A stretch of 64,000 nt of DNA. It comes from Octopus sinensis (lineage: Eukaryota). This document shows, in pieces, positions 52,510 through 63,927 of the stretch. Where the stretch lies: assembly GCF_006345805.1 (NCBI RefSeq), contig NC_042998.1, positions 17,298,001 through 17,362,000 of the forward strand, written 5' to 3'. Position numbers and translations under genes: made by a program. The notes under the pieces were generated by a model, which made no database searches, was not told the DNA's origin, and saw nothing but the letters and a program-made list of their open reading frames with translations. Numbering within the stretch: the first letter of the stretch is position 1; each line of letters starts with the position of its first letter.

Positions 52510-55500
52510 TCATAGGACTATGCTCAAGGTGGCTTCGTCATTCATACGTGTCATTCTTGCTACATTCACCCATCTTTTTTTAAAACATTCGCTAGACAAA
52601 ACTTGCCTCTCTACTCTCACTTTCCTTTTCAAGTGGTACTTGAAGAAGTTGATGAGAGATTGACCAGAGAGGAAAGTGTTGTCTCCAATCCTTTCAGACG
52701 CGTCCACCAGATACATTCTTTCGCCATAGCCACAAGGATGATGAAAATAGCTCTTCCTTCCCGTTTGAAGGAAGGAGGCGTGACAATATTGACGATAGAC
52801 TCAGCTGATAAACCGACTCGTCCCACACGTGACAGCAGTTGTTCGACATAAGCCCACAGGTCGGAAATTGTTGGACACTGAACGAGTGCGTGCAGAACGG
52901 TTTCGTCGCTCTGACCGCATCTCGGGCAGGTCGGCCCCGTGTTTCTCGAGCCGTGTCTGTAGAGCTTATCCCGAACGGGTAGCGCTTCTCGGTAGCACTT
53001 CCAGGCCAGGGATCTCTGGAAGTTGTCCATGGGCCCTGGCCCGAAAGTCGTCCCGAACAGGCGGGTCAGGTACTCCTCGTCGACGTCCAGGTTCGCCCCG
53101 AGCTCGTCGTCGTACCTCCCCTCCACTAAACCCCTATAGAATGCTTTGGTTGTGTTGAAGTCACTTAAGGTCGACCCAGGACGGCAGAGTTGCTTGAGAG
53201 CAACGCGACACTCGCGGTGCCATTCGCCCTTCCTCGGCCTCTTTTTGATCCACGACTGCAGTTCGGTCATGGAGACGAGCTGCGGAAAGCGTGCCTCACA
53301 AACGGCGACCACACCTGTTCACCGTCGTCTACATAGAGCCAGAGATGCGCAGTCTCAGCGCGTGTCTGCGCATCATCAACCACGGCATGCCCAGCCCTCC
53401 TTTTAACGGGTGTTGACAGCAAATGGATCGCCTGACCATCGGGACGCATCCTTTCCACAAGAAGCGAAAGAGGATGCGTTGTAGTTTGGTGATGGTAGGG
53501 TCGGGACAAGGTACGACGGTCAGGCGGTAGTAGATGACGGACGCGATGTACGTGTTCCGCCACCTCCGCTCGACCTTTTAGGGACAGTTCCTCTCCTCGG
53601 CCCATTGCCGGGCGAGAGTGACCACCCTACTCGTTATCTCGTTCCAGTTCTTCTCCACTTGGAGGTCCGGACCGAACCAGACCCCGAGCAACTCAACCGG
53701 GCCGTCGGTCCAGCGTCCCACGACGGAGGCGCTGGTGGACGGCATGGGCTTGCTTCTCCAGGTGCCTAGTCGCAAGCCCACTGACTTTTCCCGGTTGATT
53801 TTCGCTCCTGTCACCGCGTCGTAGTTTTTCAGTGTCTCGCCGACCAGCTCGATGTGCTCGTGGCTAGACACTATGACGGTGACGTCGTCCGCGTATGCAG
53901 ACACGCTCGTCCCGCATCCCAATTCTCGCGGGATGCCCCTTAGAGTCGCCAGCTTCCGCAGTAGTGGCTCAAGAGTCAATACGTATAGAAGCGCCGAGAG
54001 GGGGCTCCCTGACGGACCGAACGTGCAATGTCGAAAGGTCTCGATAGATGTCCATTTACGCGAATTACCGAACGGATGCCTCTGTACAAGGCAGCTATCC
54101 AGCCGCGGAAGACGGGACCGAAACCAGCCGCTCTCAGGACTGCCTCCAAGTATCGATGGTCTACCCTATCAAAGGCTTTCGATTGATCCAAGTTGATCAG
54201 GGCCCCACCCATGCCAGGTTCGTTAACTACCCTGTCTATGATGTAGCGCATCAGATGGAGGTTGTCATGGATGGTCCGGCCTGGCACGGCGCATGTTTGC
54301 GCCTTGTCGACCAGTTTCTCGATGACAAGCGCCAACCTCTTGGCTAGCACCTTGGCCAAAATTTTCAAGTCTGCATTAAGCAGAGTGATGGGCCTAAAGT
54401 TATCGATTATATTTCCCTTGTTTAGATCTTTCTTCAGCAGTGTTACGGCTCCTCGGCTCACAAAACCAGGAATGCTCCCGTTTTGCTGCCAGTTGCAGTA
54501 CACCGCCGCCAAGAGATCTCCAAACAAGTCTGGCATACAATTGTAAAGCTCGTAGGGTAGACCATCCAAACCCGGTGATTTGTCCCTCGAGCATTCTGCC
54601 ATCGCTTCCCGCACTTCCGCCGCCGTGATGGCACCTTCGCAGCACCCTGCCTTTCTTGTTGAGAGTCGTGGTAGGCTATGTAGGTAGGCACTGAAGTCCA
54701 ACCTACGTTCTTGCCCTCCACTCGTTCCGAACAGTCGGGCAAAATGCTGCTGAAAGGCCTCACACATTTTACTTGGCTCGAGCAATTCGCGCCCCTGTTC
54801 ATCTACCAGTGACCGAATGGTGGCTTTGTTGCCCTGTTGCGCCTCTGCACCCGGGCCTCTCTCGCGGCTCCAACACCTTCGTTCCTTAGAGCACGCATCC
54901 TAGCTCTGACAGCACATCCTTCGTGTTTGGCGTTGAAGTGTTGGTCGAGGGCCAACCTCGCCGCCAAAACGTCGGATGCGATGCCGCTTCTAATTGCCTC
55001 TTCTAGCTTCTTAACTAGCTCACCCTCTACTCTATTTCTATCTATGGCTAGTGCTTTGCTGTACCTAATCGCTTCTGCTTTTACTGCTCTCTTGAGGGCA
55101 AACCACCATTTGTTGTTGATGATGGCTCCCGTCAAAGCCCTCTTTACTAGTGTGCTAATCCGGTCTCTGAAAAATTGTCTCGATGGGAAAGACGCGTTTA
55201 GTTTCCAGTATCCGGGACCCTGCCTAAGTGTCTTACCTAAGTCTAGCGTACATGTCACAAGTTTGTGATCCGTGTAGCTGACTATGTGGATTGTGGACAT
55301 CCTATGCTATCTCTATCTACTGTCCTACACAGTATCCTATCTAGATACGATCTCGACGACCCGATGCGGTTGCTCCATGTCCACGTTGGCGCATTCGGGT
55401 GGTCTAGTCGGAACCTGTCAGACAGTTGAAAGCGTCTGAGCAGGTCTCTGAGGCATTGCATCCCCGTCTATTCCTATCTCTACCCACGTAGTCTACATGC

Positions 55501-55942
55501 GTGTCAAGGTAGCATTCCAATCCCCCACTAAGAGTAAAGGACGAGACGTTCCCAAGAAAACTTCTAGACGTTGAAAGAAATCCGCCCGACCTGTTAAGGG
55601 CGGTGCGTAAACTGATACGAGTCGAAAAGCGCACCCATTGCTGCCGTCGACATCCAGGACGACCAGTCTACCCTCCGGGTCTACGAATATTGTCCTTACA
55701 TTGAGATCCAGACTCTTGTGAAAAAGTACCGCGGTGCCACTACCGCCCATTCTCGGCAGACAGGGGGAAAAATAAATGTTGAACTGTCCGCCAAACATGG
55801 TCTTTAGGGCCCGCGGATTGTGGAGTCTGGTCTCGCTTATGGCTATGATTTCTAACTTATGTGACTTTATGTCATTTAAGAGGTACCCTTGTTTCCAAGG
55901 GGACCCCAAGCCACGCGCATTTACACAACCAATCTTGATCAT
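52510..55942 (-). pseudogene. LINE ORF2 (AP endonuclease, reverse transcriptase, CCHC), several frameshifts as assembled
   Basis: IGCVNARGL, AISETR, SVYAP, LVGDWN, SYTDHKLV; FRPITLLNADLKILAKVLAKRL, LDQSKAFDRVDH, VRQG, AYADDVTV; CPRCGQSDETVLHALVQCP. Confidence 0.92.
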
Positions 55943-55973
55943 AGTTCTAATGAATTAGAATACAGAGGGTTAC

Positions 55974-57968
55974 TTACTGCTCGAAAGTTTTTGCTTTCTC
56001 CTCCGTTGGTTTGTCCTCGAGAAGATCCCAGTACAGTTTCTTTGTGAGATATTTTTGGCATTTACCAACCGCACTGGGGAAAATGCCTTTGAGTGTGTGG
56101 TGCAGACTTTTGGAGATGTGTAATATTTTGATGTGGTCTGGTGGTGTTGTGTATGGGTGATTGTTTGTTTTTATGTCATCTTCTGTTATGTTTGTTTTTG
56201 ATTGGATGTATTCCATCAAATTTGTGTTTTTGGTGTCTATGGCTGTGAGCATGTTTGCTGTATATGTTTTTGTGGTGTTGGTGTGGCTGTTGTTTGCGTT
56301 GGGTTTTGAAATGTCTTCGGGGGATGTATTTCCTGCTTTGTTCGTGTTTGCATTTGGTTTGGTTGTGTTTCTGCTCTTTATTTTCCTCTTTTTGTAGCTA
56401 TTGCCATTCCTCACTGGTTTCGTCTTCCGACGAAATTCTGAGGAATCAGAAGGGGGTAGGGGTATGTGTGGGCTTCTATGTATGTCTGTGTAAGTGGTTG
56501 TGTTGTTGTTTTCGTTGTTGTTGGTTGTTGAGTGTTTGTGTGTGTGTTGAGTGCGGTATAAGGGATGGGGGATCAGTTTGTGTGTGTTTTCTTTGTTTTT
56601 CTGTTCCTTTGGGTTTTGCTGTTGATGGTGGTGTGGTATTTTTCAGGTGTCGAGTGGTTTTTGGTTGATAACGGATTAGCTTGGTGTGCTTCTCTTGTCG
56701 TCTTCTGTGTTGATGGTGGTGGTGTGGGTAGTAGAGCTTTTTTTCCGGAGTGCTTTGGTTGTGGTAGTGGTTGTTGTTGTTCTTTGGTGTGCAGTGGTTG
56801 GGCACGTCTTTTTCAAGTGTTTCGCTTCCACACAAATAGCAGCGTGGTCGCCTGCCCTCTACCACTATATAGAGTTTGTAGCCTCCTGGCAGTTCTATAG
56901 CGGTGGGTATCTTCCTCTTGCTGCTTCATCCAATTGAAGCAGGAATTCGATTGATTTGCCCACATAGTCTTTCTCTCCTAGAACCGCGATTTCCAGGATG
57001 TTTGTCTCTGACATTGTCTCTGACATTTCAAAGCTGATGGCAGAGACCAACCATTGTGTTTCGACATCAAATGGTATGTTTTTTATTTGGACTTTCGTGA
57101 CCCTTTTGTTTAAATAGACTGGTATCATTACCAAGTCGTCCGAATGCAGCTCCAATGTGGAAAAACGTTTTGCTAAACTTTCGTTGAGGAAACGTACTTG
57201 GGCTGTACCAAATTTGTTTCCCCAACTGATATTCCTTGGAGTCCCATACAGGACGAAGGCATTTATCGATTTTTTCCTGCGGTGCATTTTCTGTTCTTCT
57301 TGTTTTTGTTTATTACTTTATAAATTATTGTTTTTTTTTGTGTGTTTTCCACGATGTGTTGTGGAATATGAAGGTGCAATTTGTCTCCTTCTTTGGAGAA
57401 GAGTGCCTTTGTGCGGTTTATCTCTTGTGTGGTGAATGTTACAATTGTTCTTTTTTTTTGTTACGTCCGCAAAATTCGTTTTGAATTTGGCAGTAGAAGT
57501 GTTAATTGTGGCAGTGTTAATTGAAGTCATGGTAGTGGTGTTGGTGTTGGCGGTATTAGCAGCAGAAGGCTTGGATGTAGCATTTGACGTCGTAGTAGTG
57601 GTGTTGGTGTTGGCGGTGTTGTCTTTGTAGGCGGCTTTGTGCCAATTTCGTTGTTGTTGTTGTTGGTGGTGATGGTGGTGGTGCTGGCATTCATGTTTTC
57701 GTTTGTATTCATTTTTGTGAAATCCCTTTCTCTGTCCCTTATCATCAACAAGTGGTGTGGGGAGTGAGGGGAAATCTAAGTTAATGTCTTTGGTCGCGGC
57801 GATGGTGAATGCGACGTTAGATTTGTTGTTGTTGTTGTTGGTGGTGGTGATGGTGGTGACAGCGGTGTTCACGCTGCGATGTTTAGCAGCTAGTGGTAGC
57901 AATAGTGTTTTGCTACCGTTCTGCATGACTGGCGGGCTAGCCACGTGGTTTCTAGTTGCCATTTTCAT
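55974..57968 (-). pseudogene. LINE ORF1 (N/T/K-rich low-complexity ends, RRM-like middle, zinc knuckle), frameshifted as assembled
   Basis: ORF pieces 57318-57968, 56895-57287, 56476-56865 and 55974-56414. Adding 2 nt near 56825 restores C-YL-C-GSEx-H-LKKT-C. It ends 31 nt before the ORF2 ATG. Confidence 0.75.
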
Positions 57969-58184
57969 ATTGAAAAATGGCTAAAAAACCCACGAAAGTT
58001 TTGAAAGTTTTTTTGTAATTTCGCCCATACAGGGGCGGAATTCTACGTGAATAATTCTCAGGTTTTTTAGTGAATGAACTTGCACAACGATTAAAACAAA
58101 ATATTTGACAACAAGGAGTTTTAAACATGTAAAAGTGGCCAACTTAGGTGGAGCCGATATGACTAGCATCCGTCCATTGTGAGA

Positions 58185-58187
58185 GAT

Positions 58188-58273
<86 letters not shown>
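58185..58273. repeat. (GATA)n at the 5' junction of the Tx1-like LINE
   Basis: Direct reading. Confidence 0.95.
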
Positions 58274-59160
58274 TTGCAAATCCTGCTTGTGAGAGAAGCA
58301 CAAATATTAACGTATTCCTACACAATTTATATACAGAAATAAGAGGTTGATATTTTGACGAAAGTTTTCAATGCCCGCCAACAAAAGCAAGGAATTTACT
58401 TTCACACTCAGTTGCATTGTATAATTCATTCCACTGCCATGCAAAAATTGTCATGAAAGTGTAAGCTTAATATTTTGGCCCCGACGTTTCGTCATCAATT
58501 AATAATACAAATATTGTTTGCTATATAGATACACATGTGTATGTTATTACATATATCTGAAATATAACTCCATTGGTATCTACGTGTTTCTCCAAATGTC
58601 GCTCATGCATTAACTTTTTGTCTATCTTTCAGTAAGAAATATAAAACTAAAGGAGATAAAGATCAATAATTTACTTGCAGACCGTTTTGTAATAGAGAGT
58701 GATGCAAAAGAAAATTAGATGATAAAGTTTATGATATCCTATTATTTAATAGTAATCATGCAGAATATTTCGATTCCGCAATCATTCGAATGGATTAGAA
58801 AATAAACCATGATTTTAATTTGTATTTCTATGGTTAGAATTTCGTCTTTCTTTTTATTTTTTTTTTTTTAACATTTTTCTTCTTCTTCTGAATATGGTTA
58901 TTTTAAGCTACTGGTTGATGCGTCTTAGGTTTAGTCAGAATAAGAACATTAGTTCGGGATGCAATTTCGCTCGGAAAGAAATTATATATATATATATATA
59001 CCCTGGATTAAATTGCATTCACTGATTGCATCCATAATTTAGGAAGAGTAATCCTAAGATGTGCATATGGAGAATTATTATGTTTTAAAGTACAGAATCG
59101 TTCTAAACAATATATAATTTTATTTTTAATTAATAATAACAATTAATGCAGTCATTGAAT

Positions 59161-59535
59161 TATAGCTTGTTGTTACTGATAATCTGAAATTTATCATCTG
59201 GAAACAATATTAGAAAAGTGGTGTATGCATGAGATACGCCATCCCGCACGTGACACTACAATGCTCCTGTGGATACCGAAAACTAAAATTCCATGTTGTC
59301 GTTATAATTTGACGGTAATTAACTTCTACACAAAATGTACCATGGATTGATTCTCAATACATTTTAATATACACAAGCAGAAATGGCTTTGGGGCGGTTA
59401 TTCGCCTTGTAGATACGCAATTTCGCATTTAAATCCGGTGTTTGGAAATTTCGAGAGAAATATTCCGATCAATGCCTGGCGAATGGATTCTAATGATGTG
59501 AAACTGCGCAGAACTTGCCGTATACGTCCACACAA

Positions 59536-59567
<32 letters not shown>

Positions 59568-59952
59568 TTCTCTTCCTCACTCTCTCTCAAACACAAATAC
59601 ATATACACACACAGAAACTCTTCTTGTTAAAGAAAAGATATGTATTCAGCAAAAAACTTTTGAGTAACCCTTCAGTTGAATTTGTTTTAATTATAACTCG
59701 ACATAGAAGATATTTATACATCAACACACATACACATACACACACATACGCACATATATATGTATTTATAAACGTATAGCTTGTTGTTACTGATAATCTG
59801 AAGTTTATCATTTGGAAACAATATTAGAAAAGTGGTGTATGCATGAGATACGCCATCCAGCATGTGACACTACAATGCCCCTGTGGATACCGAAAATTAA
59901 AATTCCATGTTGTCGTTATAATTTGACGGTAATTAACTTCTACACAAAATGT
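59161..59952. repeat. 178-bp direct repeats (59161-59338 and 59775-59952), about 7 mismatches
   Basis: Offset 614 bp; direct comparison. Confidence 0.9.
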
Positions 59953-60150
59953 GACCTCGTGTGTACCGTTGGCGATTTTTTCCCTCTGTCTTCCCTACTC
60001 TGGATCTTTCCTTCTCCTATGTTTCCGACGAAGAGCTCCGCTCGAAATGTTAAACCCTCCTTCTTTCCCTCTTTCTTGAGCGTCCAATAATACTATATTT
60101 GTTCCACGTCCTCGCGTTGTTGTGTTTTTTATGTGCTTTCTTGTTTGGAT

Positions 60151-60155
<5 letters not shown>
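59945..60155 (+). mobile_element. Penelope-like family 2 repeat with hammerhead-like motif 60021-60055
   Basis: Near-identical to 25815-26020; GTTT-CCGACGA-A-GAGC(TCC)GCTC-GAAAT-GTT-AAAC; (TA)n tail. Confidence 0.7.
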
Positions 60156-60212
<57 letters not shown>

Positions 60213-60334
60213 TATACATATATATATATATACACATATATATATATATATATAAAAGAAAAGGAGAGAGGGGGGAAGGATTCCTCGAGCTAGTTTTTTG
60301 CACACCTAGCAACACGTGCGCATTATCGCATTAA

Positions 60335-60690
60335 GGAAACAGACCATATGCTTATTGCTCTGATCTTGTCTTTTCCCTTGAGCTTACATCCCATAATTAC
60401 TTTAGTTGTTCTAAGATATTCACGTCTAAACCTTTCTTTCATTTCACTTTCCTTGATTTTGTCATATTCCAAAATCCCCATTTACTTATAGCTATTAGTC
60501 TCAATATCCTTAATTTTCTCGCCATTGGTTCGTTCTACACCATTAGAGAGCACTACATTACCTTTATGTATTGTAAGCATACCACAATTTTTAGCCTGTA
60601 ATTCCACTCCGATATTCTTACTGAATATCTGTACAGTTGAAACTAGGCAATTTATTTCATATTCTGTCTTCCCAAAGATTATTATTATAT
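60335..60690 (-). mobile_element. R4/Dong-like LINE RT-domain fragment
   Basis: FGKTEYEINCLVSTVQIFSKNIG..CGMLTIHKGNVV.SNG...NGEKIKDIETNSYK, then GILEYDKIKE. Confidence 0.75.
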
Positions 60691-60757
60691 ATTGTCTTTG
60701 CACAGCTTCTATCACCGGAGGTGTCAGCTGTTCACTACCAGTTAACTAAGGTAACAC
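60691..60757 (-). mobile_element. Tiny 3'-end-only insertion of the R4/Dong-like family between TAA tracts
   Basis: cagctgttcactaccagttaactaaggtaacac is homologous to 18590-18625. Confidence 0.7.
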
Positions 60758-60827
<70 letters not shown>

Positions 60828-61041
60828 TTATGTTTCACTTTTGCTTTGCGTTTGTACAAGTTGACTCCAAGTCTCACCCAGAGACCTCAAGAGACAAGTC
60901 AGAAGTTCATGTTGGTGTTATGAGTAGGTTGTCATATATTTGGTTTTGTACATAGTATTGTTCTAGAGAATGTTTAAGACAACATAAGAAAACTGAGTTT
61001 GTTTTAAAATTAGAAATTACATAGACAATATTTTACATAGG

Positions 61042-61135
61042 GTTGTTGTTGTTGTTGTTGTTGTTGTTGTTGCCGTCGTCGTCGTCGTCGTTGTTGTTGT
61101 TGTTGTTGTTGTTGTTGTTGCTGCTGTTGTTGTCT
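61042..61135. repeat. (GTT)n(GTC)n(GTT)n microsatellite
   Basis: Direct reading. Confidence 0.95.
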
Positions 61136-61758
61136 GTGGAGTACGGCAGACGTGTTTCTGAAGACTCGAAGTGAGTTTTCATTTATTTTATTACATACAC
61201 CCTTTTGCTGCTTGTTTTTGTTTAGAATTTTAACTGTAGTTGTTACTGAAAACCCCGGATGCCTGTTGCTGTTTCTTTTATTTGGTGACTGTTTAGCCCT
61301 CAGGGGGCAAATTTCGGCCCTCCTAAAAATCACCCGTGGGGCGTTTTAAAAACAATGATTCATGAAGATGGCGGCGTCTACATTAAAACTTGTGAAACAA
61401 AAATCAGTTCTGCTCCCCACCCTTCCTATAGCTTAAGACTTCCCCCCACTTCCTTCTCTTAAGTAAAATAATGCAGAAGAAGTGGGGAGACAAAAGTGAT
61501 GGTAACGAGCAATGCACTTGTCTGTGAAGTGAAAGAAGAGATGAGCAGTGGAAAAAATATTTACAACAAAAACGGCAGTAACAAATGAGTCCGTAGTGGA
61601 AGTGACAAAAGCAATAGTAGTAGTGGCAGTAGAGACGAGAATTGCGAGGTTGTGAAGTATAGCAGCAGTAACGACAGCTTCGACAGAAGCAGTAAGAGTA
61701 GCAGCTCAGGTGGTGGTAGAGTGGTTGGAGGCAGCAGTGATAGTGGTAACAGTTATAA

Positions 61759-62175
61759 AAGGCGGCGAGCTGGCAGAATCGTTAGCACGCCGGGCGAAAT
61801 GCGTAGCCGTATTTCGTCTGCGGTTACGTTCTGAGTTCAAATTCCGCCGAGGTCGACTTTGTTTTTCATCCTTTCGGGGTCGATAAATTAAGTACCAGTT
61901 ACACACTGGGGTCGTTGTAATCGACTTAATCCGTGTGTCAGTCTTTGTTTGTCTCTTCTGTGTTTAGCCCCTTGTGGGTAGTAAAGAAATAGGTATTTCG
62001 TCTGCCGTTACTTTCTGAGTTCAAATTCTGCTGAGGTCAACTTTGCCTTTCATCCTTTCGGGGTCGATAAATTAAGTACCAGTTACGCACTAGAGTCGAT
62101 GTAATCGACTTAATCCGTGTGTCTGTCATTGTTTGTCCCTTCTGTGTTTAGCCCCTTGTGGGTAGTAAAGAAATA
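61759..62175 (+). mobile_element. SINE dimer (body duplicated, ~190-bp unit) with 14-bp TSD GGTAACAGTTATAA
   Basis: TSD at 61745-61758 and 62176-62189; the second unit restarts at gtatttcgtctg after aagaaatagg. Confidence 0.9.
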
Positions 62176-62344
62176 GGTAACAGTTATAACAGCGCAAGTG
62201 GCTACAACCCCACCGCCACAACCACTATCAGTATGACTTCTTCCGCCTCAGAAGAACCCTTTGCACTCTTTCTAGAGGATAACGCCTCTAAATTAGATAA
62301 GTTTCAGAAAATAGAGGGAAGAAGAGCTGAATCAATACTTTTTG

Positions 62345-62445
62345 CGTTCTGAGTTCAAAATCCGCTGGGGTTGACTTTGCACTGGAGTCGATGTAATAAA
62401 CTAGTCCTCTCCCCATAAAATTTCAGGCCTTGCGCCTTTAGTAGA
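62345..62445 (+). mobile_element. Decayed, internally deleted SINE fragment
   Basis: gcgttctgagttcaaaatccgctggggttgactttgc..ggagtcgatgtaat. Confidence 0.65.
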
Positions 62446-62739
62446 CAGTGCCATTATTAAATTATATTGTTGCTGTTGTTGTTTCTATCATTGGTGTTGC
62501 TCTTATTGATCATATTCGAATCAAGTTATTAAGAGATAATGTAATGCCTGGATTATGCTAACAACATTTCTCCTCATTAAGAACTTATCCAACCGCTTCT
62601 TAAAACTATTTCCGTTTGTTGGGTTTTGCTTTCAATAGTAAGTCATTAACATTGAGAAAATCTGTTTATCAAATTAAACAGTGTTTCCGGATGCGTCAAG
62701 CATACTCAAATACATGTTAATTATACATTTGACATTGCG

Positions 62740-62890
62740 GCATTTCGTCTGTCGTCATGTTCTGAGTTCAAGTTCTGCCGAAGTCGACTTTGCCTTCCAT
62801 CATTTTGGTGTCGATAAAATACTAGTTGGACACTAAATTTGATGTAATCGACTTAACACTCCACTGAATTAGTTGGCCTTGAGGCAAAAT
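62740..62890 (+). mobile_element. Decayed SINE fragment
   Basis: gcatttcgtctgtcgtcatgttctgagttcaagttctgccgaagtcgactttgccttccatc. Confidence 0.75.
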
Positions 62891-63927
62891 TTGAAACAAG
62901 CTATGTATTTGACACACATAAATGACACGATATATATTATCTTCCGCGAAATTTGATAAGGATGTGCTCTCGCTTCTAAATTTGTCCGATGGGTCAAAGC
63001 TTTTGAAATTTCTTACAATATTTAGACAGTAAACTATTCATTTCTTTAGTAAATGTTAGACATTAGCACGTATTGTTTCTAAATTATGTCTTAAATATAA
63101 AATGAAGAGAATTTCAGGGCACATTGCAAATACAATCTATCTCACGACAGACAGTATTTCGCGCATTTGTGTTTTATTGAGAGATGTAATAGCATGCTAA
63201 CAACGTACATGTTACATTAGAACATGTAAAACGTACATTAGAAAAATCCGAAGTATTATTTAAAAGATTCAATAGAATCATGAGTAAAAAGTTAAGACCA
63301 CTCATGATGGTATTAAGATATCAAGCCATCAAGTTGTTTAGACTGTTTCATATCATAGATAAGGGCGTTTTCCACATAATTAATTCTCTAAATACGCATA
63401 TATTTTGCTTACTGTACATGTTGGAATACTGTGCACACAGGCCAATTGAAAGATAAATAAATTGTAACAATTCTCTTATTTGAAATATGTAAAATTCATC
63501 CTATTTACATCGAAATGTTAATACATATGTAAGTAAACAAGATAAGATGCCACACACACACACACACACACACAGAGAAAGAGACAGTGGTAGAGAAACT
63601 GGATAACGTTGCTGTTTCTGAAATGTCATAATATCTCGCATCTGTATTACTAACCCTGATGGGAAACATCAATATAGATATACATATTCAAAAACAAGGT
63701 AACAGCGGACGAAAATATAATGTCAGATAAACTCAAATATATCAATGGAAATAAAGATAGAATAAAGTTATAAAACATCCAACTAGATTCTTTGGATAAG
63801 GAACATATGTATTTTACTATTTACTATGTCAAGGACAGCAAAACTCCAAACTCTATTCCCAGAATATCACAGTATTATCCGTCACAACTATATTTTCAAA
63901 ATTATATACACGGCATCATTATTATTC

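Larger units (their letters stand above)
52132..58184 (-). mobile_element. Full-length Tx1/L1-clade non-LTR retrotransposon inserted in (GATA)n
   Basis: 5'UTR, ORF1, ORF2 (APE-RT-CCHC) and a 3'UTR with AATAAA just before the TATC-repeat tail; GATA arrays on both sides. Confidence 0.92.

Noticed and set aside
52603-57984. Plus-strand ORFs overlapping the LINE
   Set aside because: Antisense shadows of ORF1 and ORF2 due to codon bias and GC content.
59161-59952. TRIM or LTR retroelement interpretation of the direct repeats
   Set aside because: Homology extends beyond possible TG..CA ends; no PBS, PPT or TSD.
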